Source: Octopus bimaculoides
Lineage: Eukaryota
NCBI RefSeq assembly: GCF_001194135.2
Contig: NC_068982.1
Coordinates: 100,408,081 to 100,445,510, forward strand
Length of the DNA stretch: 37,430 nucleotides
Direction: 5' to 3'
Below are positions 13,180 to 24,050 of the stretch, piece by piece. The position numbers and the translations under genes are program-made. Every line of letters starts with the position of its first letter. Positions within the stretch are counted from its first letter, which is position 1. The notes below the pieces were generated by a model. That model had not been told where the DNA came from. It was given only the letters and a program-made list of their open reading frames with translations, and did not search any database.

Positions 13180-13810
13180 AGTTGGATCCCATTCTTTTTA
13201 CTACATTCAAAACAGACAAAATTATCCTTCTTGTGATTTCAGTGCGAGAGTAGAACGAGAGAACAGATCCTGGAAGGTGATCGCCACAAAGAAAGATTAA
13301 GAAAATGCCGCACAAAGAGCCTTACTTCTCACCAAATGCACCAAAGGCAATCTGATCATCAACAACATCATCTTTTTGTAGAACAACTGAAAGTCTTCTG
13401 GCAACGTACTCATTCAAGACACGGACACCTACTGGACTACTTCATTGTGAGATCTTGAGACTAAAACACTGTACTGTCAAATCCAAATTGCCACAAGTGC
13501 AGATAGCTGTTATATGCAGATCTTCATTTGATCTGTTCGAAGATTTGATTGGAACATCTGAGTCAAAAAGCATTTTGGTACTAAAAAAATACAACCGACA
13601 GAAATCCAATATCGCCGACTTTTGTGATTCTATTTTAGGACCACCTAGCAAAAGAACTATGCAGCATCAAAATAAGTGACCTCGTTTCTTGATGAAAGTC
13701 ACTATTGGCTTTCGAGCAACAAAACATCAAAATTGGTTCGATAAAAATTACTAAACGCCACAACAGCTCTTTAATAGCGAGGGGAGAGCCTTTCTAGATC
13801 TCCTTAAGAA
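13180..13810 (+). mobile_element. RTE-clade LINE fragment (APE endonuclease C-terminus and linker)
   Basis: FWQRTHSRHGHLLDYFIVRS...SADSC and KHQNWFD match the RTE motifs WxHPRSKHWHLLDYVIVR and KHQDWFDEN. Confidence 0.7.
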
Positions 13811-14129
13811 ACCGAATTCAAGTTGAAAATAGCACCCTACTCAAGAATAAAATGACCAACCTCATATAGGAACTCGAAGGCCTCCCCCACCAGACAAACA
13901 AACAAAAAAAATATATATAAAGGAAAGGGGTCTTTCAGTTTGCTTGTTAGAAAATCTTATGTGGGGATCGTAGCTGGAAATAGGGAGACTTTTGGTTGGA
14001 GATAGGGATTAATTATTTAGTGTTAAAGTGTAAAACTGTAAGTTCGTTTTTTAATTTCAAATTATGGAGATGGTTTATGGTGTAGATGGATGGAGGGGAG
14101 TTGGTTAGAAACTGACAAATTTAGCCGTT

Positions 14130-16260
14130 AGAAAAGATTATTGGTTTGAAGTATTTTAAGATTTTGTGCTTGCATGAAGATACTGGTTCGGCGTTTCGGT
14201 TCATGATTTGATCCTTGGATGTTAGAATGTGGTAGGATTCATTTGTACAAAGTTGGCAAGGTTTGTTATTACCTTGGTATGGTTGTGCGTGTGAGAGTAT
14301 TTTCCACTTGATGCTAAACGGAGTGTTTTAGATTTTAATTGCCATATGTTTGGATAGTGACGTATCATTTTTCCTGTTTGGGTTGCAAAAAGTGTGCATG
14401 TGCTGGTTGTATCGTATTTTGAACTGTTTGTTGGAGATCCTATGTAGTTGGTGTCATGTTTGTGGTTATATGCGCTATATGCGATATTTCTTAGGAGACA
14501 GTTTCATTTTAGAGGGCAGGACGAAGGTTTTTACAATTACAATTGTTAATGTGTTTAGGTTTGTAGATTGCCATATTTATTTCAAAGTTGTTGGTAGCTG
14601 AGTATGTCAATTTTACATTGTTTATTAGTTTGTAATACTTTTGGTTGGGGTGAAAAGTCTTCTGCATTATTTCGAAAAATAATTTAGCTATTGGTGTGGG
14701 GACTTGTATGTTGAAGAGAGGGATATAATACCAGATTAGTTTCCTTTCATCTTTTGTGGGAGGATTGCTACTTATATATTGAACTTTTTCCTTGGAACCA
14801 CTATCATTGAGGGCTCTGTTATATGGAGATACTATTCCGTTTAGTATTTTTCATTTGAAGATAAAGAAACGAGTCTGATAGATTTGTTTTTTTACTAGGT
14901 TTTTGACAATGCTTTGGGGGTGGTTGAATTGTTTATGTATATACTGAATGTGTTCGTTATCTTTCTAGTATGATTTATAGATACTTGATTCCAGGTCGAG
15001 GGTAACATCTAGGAAGTTGACTAACTTTAGTTGTGTTTCTGCTGTTATTAAGAAGCCCAATTTTTTGAAGAAGTGAAGTAGATCTTTCCTAAATTTATCA
15101 TTTTTTGTGGGTTGTATTTTCTTAGTAGGAGTAGACCGTCGTCCCTTCATAGACCACCTGGGACATATGGAAATTTTTTGTGTAATTTTTCTAATATGCA
15201 AAGATCCACAATGTCTCTTATTTCTGCCGAATCCTTTGATCCCACGCTTACATCAAATGGTTCTTTAGTGTTTTTCTTAATCCAGAAAGCATTATTGTGG
15301 GAAAAGAGCGATTTTCTTACTTGCAGTATTGTTTCTATTCTGGTGTCGTTTATTGTGGTTATAGTCTTAGTGAAGTTCAAAGCAGCGATAAGGATAAGTT
15401 TTGTTATTAGCGTATAATAGTATTTTATGTCGAGCTGGAAGATGTGGCATTCATTTTTGTTTGTGATCTTGTTGAACTAATTTATTATTTCCTCCGTGTT
15501 ATTTCATAGAGGTAATGTTGATTTTGTTTTAATTTTTGATGAGAGAATTTATCTGTGATTTTTTTACTAACTAATCCTATATCTGGTTTCGAAGAGTTTA
15601 TAAGTCTGACGGATGGGTTGCTATTGAAGTTTGGTTTGTGGTCTTTCATGGTTATATACGGGCATTTTGGTATTAATGTGTAAACTCTATCGTCTATTTT
15701 AAGTCTTGTAGCTACTTCTTTTTCTGTGGTGTTTGTATCATTTACAGCAGCATATTTTGTTTTGTATGTGTTGGAGATTGTGTGAGAAAGAAAGCAGGTA
15801 TAAGAAGTTTTACTTATCCGGTTGTTTGTCATATCGGATTTTACAAATATATATGAACTTGTTTTTATGGTGTTGATTTTCTGTTTCAGTTCTTTCTGTA
15901 ATTCGTTGGTTCGTTTATTGAATTTCATTTGTGGGATCATTGCGAGTTGGCCATCTTCGAAGGGTTGTAGCAATGGAACACTTGACTGTCTTGAATCCAT
16001 AGTTGTTGGTGGGCTGTTTTTTTTCTTTTGGTCTTTTTCGTAATGGTAAATTTTCCATCAAAGTCTTTTTTATAAAGTTTTCTGTTTTTTGTTGTAGTGT
16101 TTGTTGGTAATGTTTTTTGGTAGGCATCGGTATACTTTTTCATAGAGAAATGTATAGGATGTTGCTGCATTTTTTCCTGTTTTTCATTTAATGTTACGAA
16201 AGCACTCACGTCGGGACAGAACTATTTATATTAACGTTTGTTGTTATGTTCAGTTATAAT
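14130..16260 (-). mobile_element. Near full-length, frameshifted Penelope-like retroelement (RT plus C-terminal GIY-YIG endonuclease)
   Basis: ORF pieces YITMKDHKPNFNSNPSVRLINSSKPDIG, PFDVSVGSKDSAEI...GGL-HRDD, VNFLDVTLDL, and C-terminal ESYHILT...SSCKHK. Confidence 0.9.
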
Positions 16261-16280
16261 AAAAACAATTTTACATCAAT

Positions 16281-16435
16281 CTGATGGGTTACTCTATACT
16301 TTTGTAAACTACAAAATTTATTATTCTTATACAAAGATGTTGTTGACAGTGGCTTCAAGTTTCGGCCAGCTGCCTCGTTTGACTGCGATGCATTGGGCTT
16401 TGTACCTTTGACCGGTATATTGCCAGAGCAATAGG
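16281..16435 (-). repeat. PLE pseudo-LTR, sense to the ORF; inverted partner at 16670-16815
   Basis: Its reverse complement aligns with 16670-16815 (shared GCTGGCCGAAACTT, CACTGTCAACAACA, TACAAAAGTATAGAGTA, CATCAG). Confidence 0.85.
16346..16385 (-). ncRNA. Inactivated minimal hammerhead copy in the pseudo-LTR
   Basis: CAGT-CAAACGA-GGCAGCTGGCC-GAAAC-TTGAA-GCC-ACTG: core and cleavage triplet mutated, stem I intact. Confidence 0.6.
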
Positions 16436-16707
16436 ATTAAATCCAGTTATACCAAATGCAACAAAAATAGTGTTACACCTCTTGCCTACCTAACAAAAAG
16501 GAAACACCTACAGGTTTGTTTAGAAACTTCTACCTGCATGAATAAGCTCTAAACAATAACACAACCCCAAATTTAATCCATAAAACCTTTTTCAAAACAT
16601 CTCTCCATAAAATCTACTCACCACCCCACTCAAACACACACACCCAAAGATGATTTTTAACTCAAAAGAGTCGGCTATATAAAGGCAAAACTAACTCCAA
16701 TGTATCG

Positions 16708-16750
16708 CCGTCGGACGACGGCTTAGCTGGCCGAAACTTCGAAGTCACTG
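16708..16750 (+). ncRNA. Minimal type I hammerhead ribozyme-like motif in the inverted pseudo-LTR
   Basis: CCGT-CGGACGA-C-GGCTTAGCTGGCC-GAAAC-TTCGAA-GTC-ACTG: one core substitution (U4G), palindromic stem III, GUC triplet. Confidence 0.7.
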
Positions 16751-16819
16751 TCAACAACACCCTTGTAGAAGAACAATAAATTTCTATTCTACAAAAGTAT
16801 AGAGTACCACATCAGAAGG

Positions 16820-17110
16820 GAGAGTCATTCCGTGCAACCTGTCCCAATCTTTGAACTTGGAGATCTGACCACAGAGGCTCAGCGGGCTAAGACGGCTGCG
16901 ATGACCAACAAATTGTAGGCTGATATTGGAGTGGTCCCTTCTCCTAGGTGATTTGCCTTAGAGGGATGGAGAACTCCAACACCCTGGAGTTGCCGGAAGG
17001 GTGTAAAAAAAAAGCACCGAACCACCCGAGGGATTTAACTCCTTGATTTGCTGTCGAGGTTGATTCCCCAAGCCTTTTCCTTCCCCAGGGTACTCATAAT
17101 GCAGTGAGGG
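16820..17110 (-). mobile_element. RTE-type LINE 5' UTR fragment
   Basis: Minus-strand GGGGAAGGAAAAGGCTTGGGGAATCAACC and GGCAAATCACCTAGGAGAAGGG resemble RTE 5' UTR motifs as I recall them. Confidence 0.5.
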
Positions 17111-17155
17111 TTTGCGCTTGTAGTTTCTTCTACAACCAGCTAATTAATCTTAATG

Positions 17156-17240
<85 letters not shown>

Positions 17241-17246
<6 letters not shown>

Positions 17247-18474
17247 TGACAGAATTAAACACCCCATAAAACATCCTTTTATGTTTATTCTAACTTGTAA
17301 AGCTTTATTTTTTTTTTTTATTAATTGACATTTTAATATATGTGACTGTTTAATCATGCATTGTACAAAAGAAGCCTTGAACTGTCTGAATTTCAAAGAG
17401 ACCGTATTGCGGGTCATTCTGAAGGTGGACAGAGTCAGCGTAAAATCACAGAAAACCTTGGGATCCCGCTTTCTACAGTTAATATAATGATTGTGCTATT
17501 CACCAGAGAGGGAAAGGAGTCCAGATCACCTCGCCCAGATAAACAAGAGCCCTGTGAAAGAACCCTTCTCTTTGTTAAGAGAAGTGTGAAAAAATAATCC
17601 TCATCGCAAGGCCTATGACATAGCAGAGCAAGTTGATGTCAGTCCCAGAACAACTGTCAGATATCTCCACAAACTTGGTTACTATGGCAGAGCAGCAAGA
17701 AGGAAGCGACTTCTTCGACCAGCCAACGTTAAGCGGAGAAAAGATTGGGCCAGTGAGATAGTGGAGAGGCCACTAACATTTTGAGACACTGTCATATTCT
17801 CTGACGAGTCCAGATTTGCTGTATTTCCTGGCAGTGGTCGAGTGTGGGTCTGGAGACTCTGTGATCAAGAATTTGATGTGAAAAGATTGCTGCCAACAAT
17901 GAAACACGGCAGCTATTCTGTAATAACCTGGGGAACGATTTGGGACAATGGTTGATCAGAGCTGATGGAGTGTGAGGGAAACATAAACTTGGATAAATAT
18001 GTGTCCATATTGCAGAAAGAACTCCTTCTAATCTTCTCCAGTGATGAAATGAATAAAGAAAACTTTATTTATGGACGATGGGGCTCCTTGTCACACAACT
18101 AAAATGACCTAAGATTTGTTGGAGGAGAATGGCATTAAAAAGCTTCCATGGCCAAGCCAGTCACGAAATATGAACCCTATTGAACACCTCTGGGACATAA
18201 TGGACAGGAAATTTCATAGAAAGAACAAGAAGGCATCTTCAAAGCCAGATCTTTTGAGATTACTGCATGAAACTTAGTAAGAAATTCCGCAAGAGAATAT
18301 TCGTCATCTGATCAGTAACACGCCTAATAGGGTCCTTGCACTGAAAAATGCAAAGGGCATGTCTACTAAATATTAAATATTCACATTATAACAATTAATA
18401 AATAATTTGAATGTATAATTTCAGATTTAAATAAATTTTAATGACTATAAAGGTGTCTATTTACTTCTGTCGTG

Positions 18475-18478
<4 letters not shown>
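17241..18478 (+). mobile_element. Full-length Tc1-family (DD34E) transposon with a pseudogenised transposase at 17361-18376
   Basis: TIRs CAGACATGACAGAATTAAAC and (rc) CAGACACGACAGAAGTAAAT; HTH, FSDESRF, DDGAPCH, WPSQSRNMNPIEHLW and final TKY*; several stops. Confidence 0.95.
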
Positions 18479-18541
<63 letters not shown>

Positions 18542-18789
18542 CCAAATTGAGGGAATGGAACAGGTAAAATTCAAGCTACATATGTTTCCTAGCAAGCAGA
18601 TCCTCTAGTGTAATAATTGCTGTTTCCAGTAGTCATTATAAGTTCGTTATTGATAGGTTTACTCAATCGACCTATTGCTGGTTCAGAAAATTTGAACGAC
18701 CTAGAAAAATTAATTCTGCTTTCGTCAGAGTCCTTGTATATCACTCTGTGTTCTGTTTAAAAACCAGTATAACTGAGTGCTAAGAGGCA

Positions 18790-19002
18790 AGTTTTGGAAA
18801 GAGCACGGCCGTGCGAAGCCGAAAATGGCTACCATTTAAGCGATGTCATTTTTTACATGTGATGTAGTGGTGTTGCAAAATTTGACTCATGCATATTAAT
18901 TTCCGTTATGTCCTTTATATTGTATCAAAATTTCACGTATTTATTTGTAAAGTTAAAGGAAGTTATTAAAAATTAACACTCATCAGTGACTTTTGGGACG
19001 CC

Positions 19003-19005
<3 letters not shown>
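18790..19005 (+). mobile_element. 3' end of another Tc1/mariner-superfamily element
   Basis: C-terminus CEAENGYHLSDVIF; ends GACTTTTGGGACGCCCTG followed by TA. Confidence 0.6.
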
Positions 19006-19039
<34 letters not shown>

Positions 19040-19064
19040 TTCAAAAAAACAATAACAAAAAAAC

Positions 19065-19318
19065 AACAAAGTGAGGACGTGATATGGATAGTATTATTGG
19101 ACGCTCAGGAAAGGAAAGAGAGACTGTATGACGTTTCGGGCGTAGCCCTTCGTCGGAAAGATGGAAAGTTCGGAGAATGGAAGAACGGAGAAAGAGGAAA
19201 ATGGTACCGATGCCCACGAGGTTACATTGTGAAAAGACCGGAAGAAGAGGTGGTGGGGGAAAAGTTCTTTCTAAGACAGGAGAGTGAAAAAGGGAGATGG
19301 ATATCTGTGCGTGTGCGT
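19065..19318 (-). mobile_element. PLE pseudo-LTR-like repeat with a hammerhead-like motif at 19126-19160
   Basis: Minus strand CTTT-CCGACGA-A-GGGC-TAC-GCCC-GAAAC-GTC-ATAC; related to the repeat at 6345-6540. Confidence 0.6.
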
Positions 19319-20429
19319 NNNNNNNNNNNNNNNNNNNNNNNNNNNNNNNNNNNNNNNNNNNNNNNNNNNNNNNNNNNNNNNNNNNNNNNNNNNNNNNNNN
19401 NNNNNNNNNNNNNNNNNNNNNNNNNNNNNNNNNNNNNNNNNNNNNNNNNNNNNNNNNNNNNNNNNNNNNNNNNNNNNNNNNNNNNNNNNNNNNNNNNNNN
19501 NNNNNNNNNNNNNNNNNNNNNNNNNNNNNNNNNNNNNNNNNNNNNNNNNNTGGTTTGGTGGTTTATCTGTTAGTGTGTTTGTGTGTGTGTGTGTGTGTAT
19601 GTGTGTAAGACGTAGTGGAAGAAATTAGTAGCAGGACTGGTTAGTGGACGCTTATAGACAGTGTAGGTAGAAAGTCAACAGGCGGTTTCTTGAGTATGTG
19701 TGTGTTCGTGTTTGTGTGGGGTTGTAGGTGTTGGGTACGTAACTCACACACACTCACACACACACATTCTGATCGAAGATTTAGGTTAACATATTTAGCC
19801 GAGAGAATTGTGGTGACATATGGTCTGATTGTTTGTCGTATTAGCATTGTGTGACTGCGACGTTTTGTTTCTTTTGCGAGCGTTTCTGTTGCGTATTTGC
19901 GTTCAGTTACGTGTCGTTGGTCGAGCTTATGTTGTGTGTGTATGTGCGTGTGTGTGTGTGTGTCTATGTGAAATGTGAATCGATTAGCCTATCGATATCT
20001 CTTTTTCAAAATATATGCACGCAAACTCACCAACAGGCACATATGTATACATACATAAGTAAGAACAACGAAAGATCGTGTCTGATACACTCAACACCAC
20101 GTAGATCCCCGGAAGATGTCCACCACATAGAAATAGTTCTAAAAATGTGCGCCTTGGGCTTCAAAAAGCCCCTTATTCAATAAATCTGGGAGCTTATAGA
20201 CGATCTTAACAGAGAATTGCTGCTTCTTGCTCCAATACTTGAAGATTGTATCACCAGCTGATTCAACAGATTAACGCTTAACTATTTAGCACGAGCAGAC
20301 TTCCTCTCCTTTTTCTTTCCACTTTCAGATCACTGACATATTTCTTATCTCTAAGTTTCTATCATTTATACCGTGAATCTCTTCTAATGACCCACTATAC
20401 CACACACTATTATTCTCATATATACTTCT

Positions 20430-20530
20430 AGGTAGAGCGCAAGACTCTTGCTCAAGGTGCTGTGCAATGACACTGAACTCGAAACCACGCGTTCTCGAAG
20501 CGCACTTCTTCACAACACAGCTATGCCTAT
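20430..20530 (-). mobile_element. SINE family B head fragment
   Basis: Minus-strand GGCATAGCTGTGTTGTGAAGAAG...GGTTTCGAGTTCAGT...GCACCTTGAGCAAG. Confidence 0.6.
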
Positions 20531-20594
20531 ATGTATATATATATGTATATGTACATGTGTGTGTGTTTGTGTGTACATATGTACATATATATAC

Positions 20595-20649
20595 ATATCC
20601 GAGTGAATTTGGCAGATAGAAACTGAAAGAACCCCGTCCTATATATATA

Positions 20650-20694
<45 letters not shown>

Positions 20695-21305
20695 NNNNNN
20701 NNNNNNNNNNNNNNNNNNNNNNNNNNNNNNNNNNNNNNNNNNNNNNNNNNNNNNNNNNNNNNNNNNNNNNNNNNNNNNNNNNNNNNNNNNNNNNNNNNNN
20801 NNNNNNNNNNNTATCTGCAGGTATTGGTAGTTCATATCAGAGGTGCAATCTGTGTGGGTGTTTTTTCAGAACATTGTCTGGTTTAAAAAGCCACATCAGA
20901 CGCCATGAAGGGGCTAAGGTGTAGGTACAGGAGGTGGTCAAACTCTGTGTAAGGAGTAGACAACCACCATGTATGTATGTATGTATGTATGTATGTATGT
21001 ATGTATGTATGTATGTATGTATGTATGTATGTATGTATGCATGTATGCATGTATGCATGTATGTATGTATGTATGTATGTATGTGTGTGTGTGTGTCTTT
21101 GTGTCTGTGTTCGTTCTCCGCCACAGCTTGACAACTGGTGTCGGTGCGTTTACGTCCCCGTAGCTTAGCTGTTCGACAAAAAAGACTGATAGAATAGGTA
21201 CTAAGTCTAAAAAAAAAAGTCCTGGGATCGATTTGTTTGACCAAAACCCTTCAAGGCGGTGCCCCAGCATAGCCACACTCAAATGACTGAAACAAGTAAA
21301 AAGAA
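20595..21305 (+). mobile_element. SINE family B copy interrupted inside its microsatellite by a LINE 3' end
   Basis: GAATTTGGCAGATAGAAACTGAAAGAAC at ~20605 and the family-B tail at 21090-21305 bracket the insertion. Confidence 0.7.
20812..21082 (+). mobile_element. RTE-type LINE 3' terminus with an (ATGT)n tail
   Basis: C2H2-like CNLCGCFFRTLSGLKSHIRRH, short 3' UTR ending GACAACCACC, then an (ATGT)n array. Confidence 0.7.
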
Positions 21306-21340
21306 AAAAAAAAAAGAAGATAGATAATAATTAAAGTTAC

Positions 21341-21438
21341 CTTTCCGAAACCGAAATATTCAGAGGGACGAACTTGTCACGTGTGTAACTTTCTCCAATT
21401 CGTTTGAAGAATGATTTTCCTCCGAAAATACGTTTGTC
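21341..21438 (-). CDS. Internal exon of the unidentified gene (DKRIFGGKSFFKRIGESYTRDKFVPLNISVSE-R)
   Basis: Acceptor TCTTTTACAG|G, donor AAG|GTAACT; 98 nt with only frame 0 open; ends in phase 2, joining the phase-2 start at 5907 (AG+G = Arg). Confidence 0.6.
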
Positions 21439-21469
21439 CTGTAAAAGACGTTTTCAAAATAATATTAAT

Positions 21470-22030
21470 AATCCTTTCTAAAAAAGGCACAAGGTCTGAA
21501 ATTTTTGGGGAGGGGACTAGTGTTCAACTGGTACTTACTTTATCGACCCCAAAAGGATGAAAGACAAAGTCGACCTCGGTGGAATTTGAACTCAAAACGC
21601 AAAGACGAACGAAATGCCGCTAAGCGTTTCGCCCCTGCGTGCTAACGGTTCTGCCACCTCGCCACCTTTATGACGACGGCAATAATAATAAAATATCTTT
21701 CTAATATTGGCACAAGGTCAGCAGTTGTTACAGGAAGGGACAAGTTGATTACATCGTCCCCAATACTTGACAAATACTATATTTTATCGACCCTTATACC
21801 TTAAAGGATGAAAGGCAAAGCTTGACCGTCGGGGAGTTTGGCAAATTCGTTAGCGGCATTTCTTCCGGCTCTTTATACTTTGAGCTCAAATTTCACCGCG
21901 GTCGACTTTGCTTTTCATCCTTTCAGGGTCGATAAAATAAACACGAGTTGAGCACTGAAGTCGACATAATCGATCAACCGCCTCCCACCCAAATTGCAAG
22001 CTTTGTGCCAAAATTTGAAACCATATTATT
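21470..22030. mobile_element. Cluster of three family A tRNA-derived SINE copies (-, -, +)
   Basis: 21470-21668(-), ~21697-21828(-, partial), ~21828-22030(+); core GTCGACTTTGC(C/T)TTTCATCCTTT..GGGGTCGATAAAATAA. Confidence 0.85.
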
Positions 22031-22059
22031 ATGATACAAAAACTATTACATTCTGATTA

Positions 22060-22290
22060 AATTAGCAAGGATGTTATTCTGAGGTTTGGTGGCAACAAGC
22101 TTCTTAAAATTGCAAGAATAATTTTTTAGGATTCTCGCAGAATACAGGTCTGCTATTTTCTGCAGGTCGACAATACGTATCTCGGTTCCAACATCCTTCA
22201 GCCTCTTAGGTAGCAGTTTGAGTGTTGTGCCAAGTGCATCATATGTCTTCAGCACTCGACTAGATCCTAATATTTCTCAATTGTTTTCAA
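22060..22290 (-). mobile_element. R4/Dong-like RLE LINE 3' fragment
   Basis: DALGTTLKLLPKRLKDVGTEIRIVDLQKIADLYSARILK matches the R4-clade C-terminal GALG...LQKxxxLxSARILR. Confidence 0.75.
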
Positions 22291-22303
22291 GTTCCTTTAT
22301 ATG

Positions 22304-22304
<1 letters not shown>

Positions 22305-22362
<58 letters not shown>

Positions 22363-22700
22363 GCGCCATGAGGACCTAAACACAGTACAAAGTGTACCGT
22401 ACAAACAAAAGTGTTACAAAACGTGGAAACATACATACATGAGTTAGGGGTAAAAATGAAATGCAATAAATATACAGATTAAAAATATAGTACACAAACA
22501 TTAAGCACCCACTCCCAATGAGGGATGAAAAGCCGCCACATAGATATTATCACAGCATCCTACAACTCCGGTCACCTTCGACTTCAGTCAAGGTCCTATG
22601 GAATTACTTGCGAGCATCTTTAGGTTTGACCGAACCACAAAGTTTACATACTATGGGTAATGCGGCCTTATTTGTTCGTGCGGTTTTGAACAACCTTTTT
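22305..22700 (-). mobile_element. Possible LINE 3' end with a (TAG)n tail
   Basis: T-rich 3' UTR ending GTCCTCATGGCGCAA, directly followed by (GTA)n on the minus strand. Confidence 0.3.
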
Positions 22701-22711
22701 ATTCTCTGGAG

Positions 22712-23042
22712 CAGTGGTTCTCAGCCGGGGTCCATACAAGATTTTTGAGGGACCTCGCAACAAAATAGTAAATTGGGGATTCACAATAGTATTTTAAGTT
22801 CAATGAAAATATTTTGCTTTAGTTGTATGCATTGATATGTATTACAAGAAACAGCTAGGTTTCTTTCGCTAACATTTTTACGTAGTTCAACTTAGACAAG
22901 TTAATTTGTAAAAACCAAAATAGGAATTTTGAAGGAAGTATCTATAAAAGTAGTTTATAAACATCGAATGGCTATGGGGGTTCACCAGAATAAAATAGTA
23001 ATCAAAAGGATACATAGATAAAAAAATGGTTGAGAACCCCTG
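22712..23042. mobile_element. hAT (Charlie-like) MITE
   Basis: 15 bp TIRs CAGTGGTTCTCAGCC and (rc) CAGGGGTTCTCAACC; flanks CTCTGGAG and CTCTAGGA resemble a decayed 8 bp NTCTAGAN-type TSD. Confidence 0.8.
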
Positions 23043-23154
23043 CTCTAGGAGTTCATGAAATTCATTCCCAATTGGAGCACTATTTTTGCTGTTCTACTTT
23101 ATTTTTGTTTAGATTCCCAGCAGTATATAGGTTAAGGTCATTATACTGGATTAC

Positions 23155-23208
23155 CTGGATGCTTGTAACTAGAGAAAAGCCTACATCTTCTGGAGAAATT
23201 TCCAGCAT
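23155..23208 (-). CDS. Candidate first coding exon of an unidentified minus-strand gene (MLEISPEDVGFSLVTSIQ)
   Basis: ATG at 23208 with an in-frame upstream TAA; 54 nt ending at a CAG|GTAATC donor in phase 0, matching the phase-0 acceptor at 21438. Confidence 0.4.
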
Positions 23209-23679
23209 CTTATTTTAGGCTCTTCCTTTATTTTTTCCAGTTTTCATCAATTTCAGTTTTATGCTTTTCAAACTATAGCTAGAAGTGTCTAAGTTTGAAG
23301 CTGCATATATATGTTAATTATTGTATTTCTTCTTTCTTTAAAAAGACTGTTTTTATATATGCAAAAGTTTTTATATCCAATATTGAAACTGCTACAACCA
23401 ATGCGGTTAGCACTTCTTTCCCTTAACACAAAGGCGACCATTTCGCAACACAAACAACGATGTGAATGGTTATTTACCAAAAACATTTATTTACATAGTT
23501 AAAAATGTCTAAGGACGAACCTTTGTCCTACCCCAGGTAAAAGGGTAGACCCGCAGGTAATCCGAAAACCGTTTGTTAGTAAAACTGGTACGGAAAGTTT
23601 TCCTCATTAGGTAAGTTTGGTAAAAGTTACTTTTTCGCGGGAGGAGTTCTGGCAGTGATGTCCATTTGCTTCAACATTC

Positions 23680-23728
<49 letters not shown>

Positions 23729-23764
23729 TAACAACAACATCAACATTAACAACAACAACAACAA

Positions 23765-24050
23765 CAATTCTTTCAAATTTGGTAGAAGGTCAGCGATTCT
23801 ATGGGGGTAGGGAGGAGGTAAATCAGTTCCATCGACTCTAGTATTTAACTGGTACTAATAATAATTGTTTCTAATTTAGACAAAAGCCCAGCAGTTTTGA
23901 AGGGGGATGGAAAGTCGGTGCCATTGACACTAGTACTTGATTAGTACTTTATTGATCCCGGAGAGGTGAACGGTAAAGTTGACTTCGGCTGGGTTTGAAC
24001 CCAAACCGTAAAGCGCCAGAAGAAATACTACAAACTGTTATGTCTGTCTC
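23765..24050 (-). mobile_element. Two partial family A SINE copies
   Basis: Repeated family-A tails (TTTGG.A.AAGG.CAGC) and the core GATCCCGGAGAGGTGAACGGTAAAGTTGACTTCGG. Confidence 0.6.
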
